From: Macrostomum lignano
Taxonomy: Eukaryota
Length of the DNA stretch: 64,000 bases
NCBI GenBank assembly: GCA_002269645.1
Contig: NIVC01000059.1
Coordinates: 372,001 to 436,000, forward strand
Direction: 5' to 3'
Below the pieces are notes generated by a model. That model saw nothing but the letters and a program-made list of their open reading frames with translations. It ran no database searches and had not been told where the DNA came from. The position numbers and the translations under genes are program-made. The first letter of the stretch is position 1. Every line of letters starts with the position of its first letter. Positions 63,601 to 64,000 of the stretch are shown here, piece after piece.

Positions 63601-63731
63601 ACTCTCAGTTGAATGCAACATTCCAAACATCCACAGCTGATACTCTGCAGCACCGTAAAAAAAATTGAGAAACAGTAGAAAAACAAAAAAATGAAAACAA
63701 CCTGGTCAAGTAAAGATTTAGTTTTACAGCT

Positions 63732-63998
63732 TCACTGCCAAAGAGATAGCAGAGTGGCGATGGGGGGCAGAGCCACCCGAGCTGCAGGCGGAGGTGGCGG
63801 AGGCTGCTGCTGCTGGTGTTGAATAACAACTCCATGACCGGGAGGGTATCCGTCCATTTGCAGCGCAGAATACTGATGCTGGTGCTGGTGCGGCATCAAT
63901 GCGGGCGAAGCGGCGCCGACCATCTGAGGTAGAGTCGGCTGCGGAGGCGGAGGCGGCGGCAGAGGCGGCGGCGCAAGGGCGGGGTCCTGTACACCTGT
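63732..63998 (-). CDS. Probable terminal exon of a convergent gene (Pro/Gln/His-rich low-complexity C-terminus), open to the window edge
   Basis: GC-rich frame ...QDPALAPPPLPPPPPPQPTLPQMVGAASPALMPHQHQHQ...LLSLWQ* with the same composition as the other exons. No recognisable domain. Confidence 0.55.
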   Translation of the reverse strand, partial: TGVQDPALAPPPLPPPPPPQPTLPQMVGAASPALMPHQHQHQYSALQMDGYPPGHGVVIQHQQQQPPPPPPAARVALPPIATLLSLWQ

Positions 63999-64000
63999 CA

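Overview
This is eukaryotic (invertebrate-style) DNA with GC-rich exons, AT-rich GT-AG introns, TTAGGG repeats and many minisatellites; a flatworm such as Macrostomum is only my impression. Most long ORFs in the supplied track are artefacts of tandem repeats. There are four layers. (1) From 1 to ~22,842 lies a head-to-tail train of at least 8 non-autonomous Helitron-like elements on the minus strand (5'-TC...hairpin-CTAG-3'). Seven exact CTAG|TC junctions fuse elements of different subfamilies. The long members carry a tRNA-derived A/B-box module, one of three minisatellite cassettes and, in some, (TTAGGG)n and stacked fossil 3' ends. (2) A 6,045-bp hAT-type DNA transposon (23,562-29,606) has imperfect 16-bp TIRs, a 7-bp TSD and an intact 4-exon, ~1,171-aa DDE transposase ending in an RG tract and a Spindlin/Tudor-like domain. 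(3) A near-identical ~17.5-kb tandem duplication (15,740-39,289 vs 39,301-56,773) has a second copy with the empty site for that transposon. (4) An MTUS1/MTUS2/CCDC69-family coiled-coil gene on the plus strand has its first seven visible exons duplicated in a frame-compatible way. Also present are three small hAT MITE families, many intronic and intergenic minisatellites, an 864-N gap and the 3' end of a convergent Pro/Gln-rich gene.
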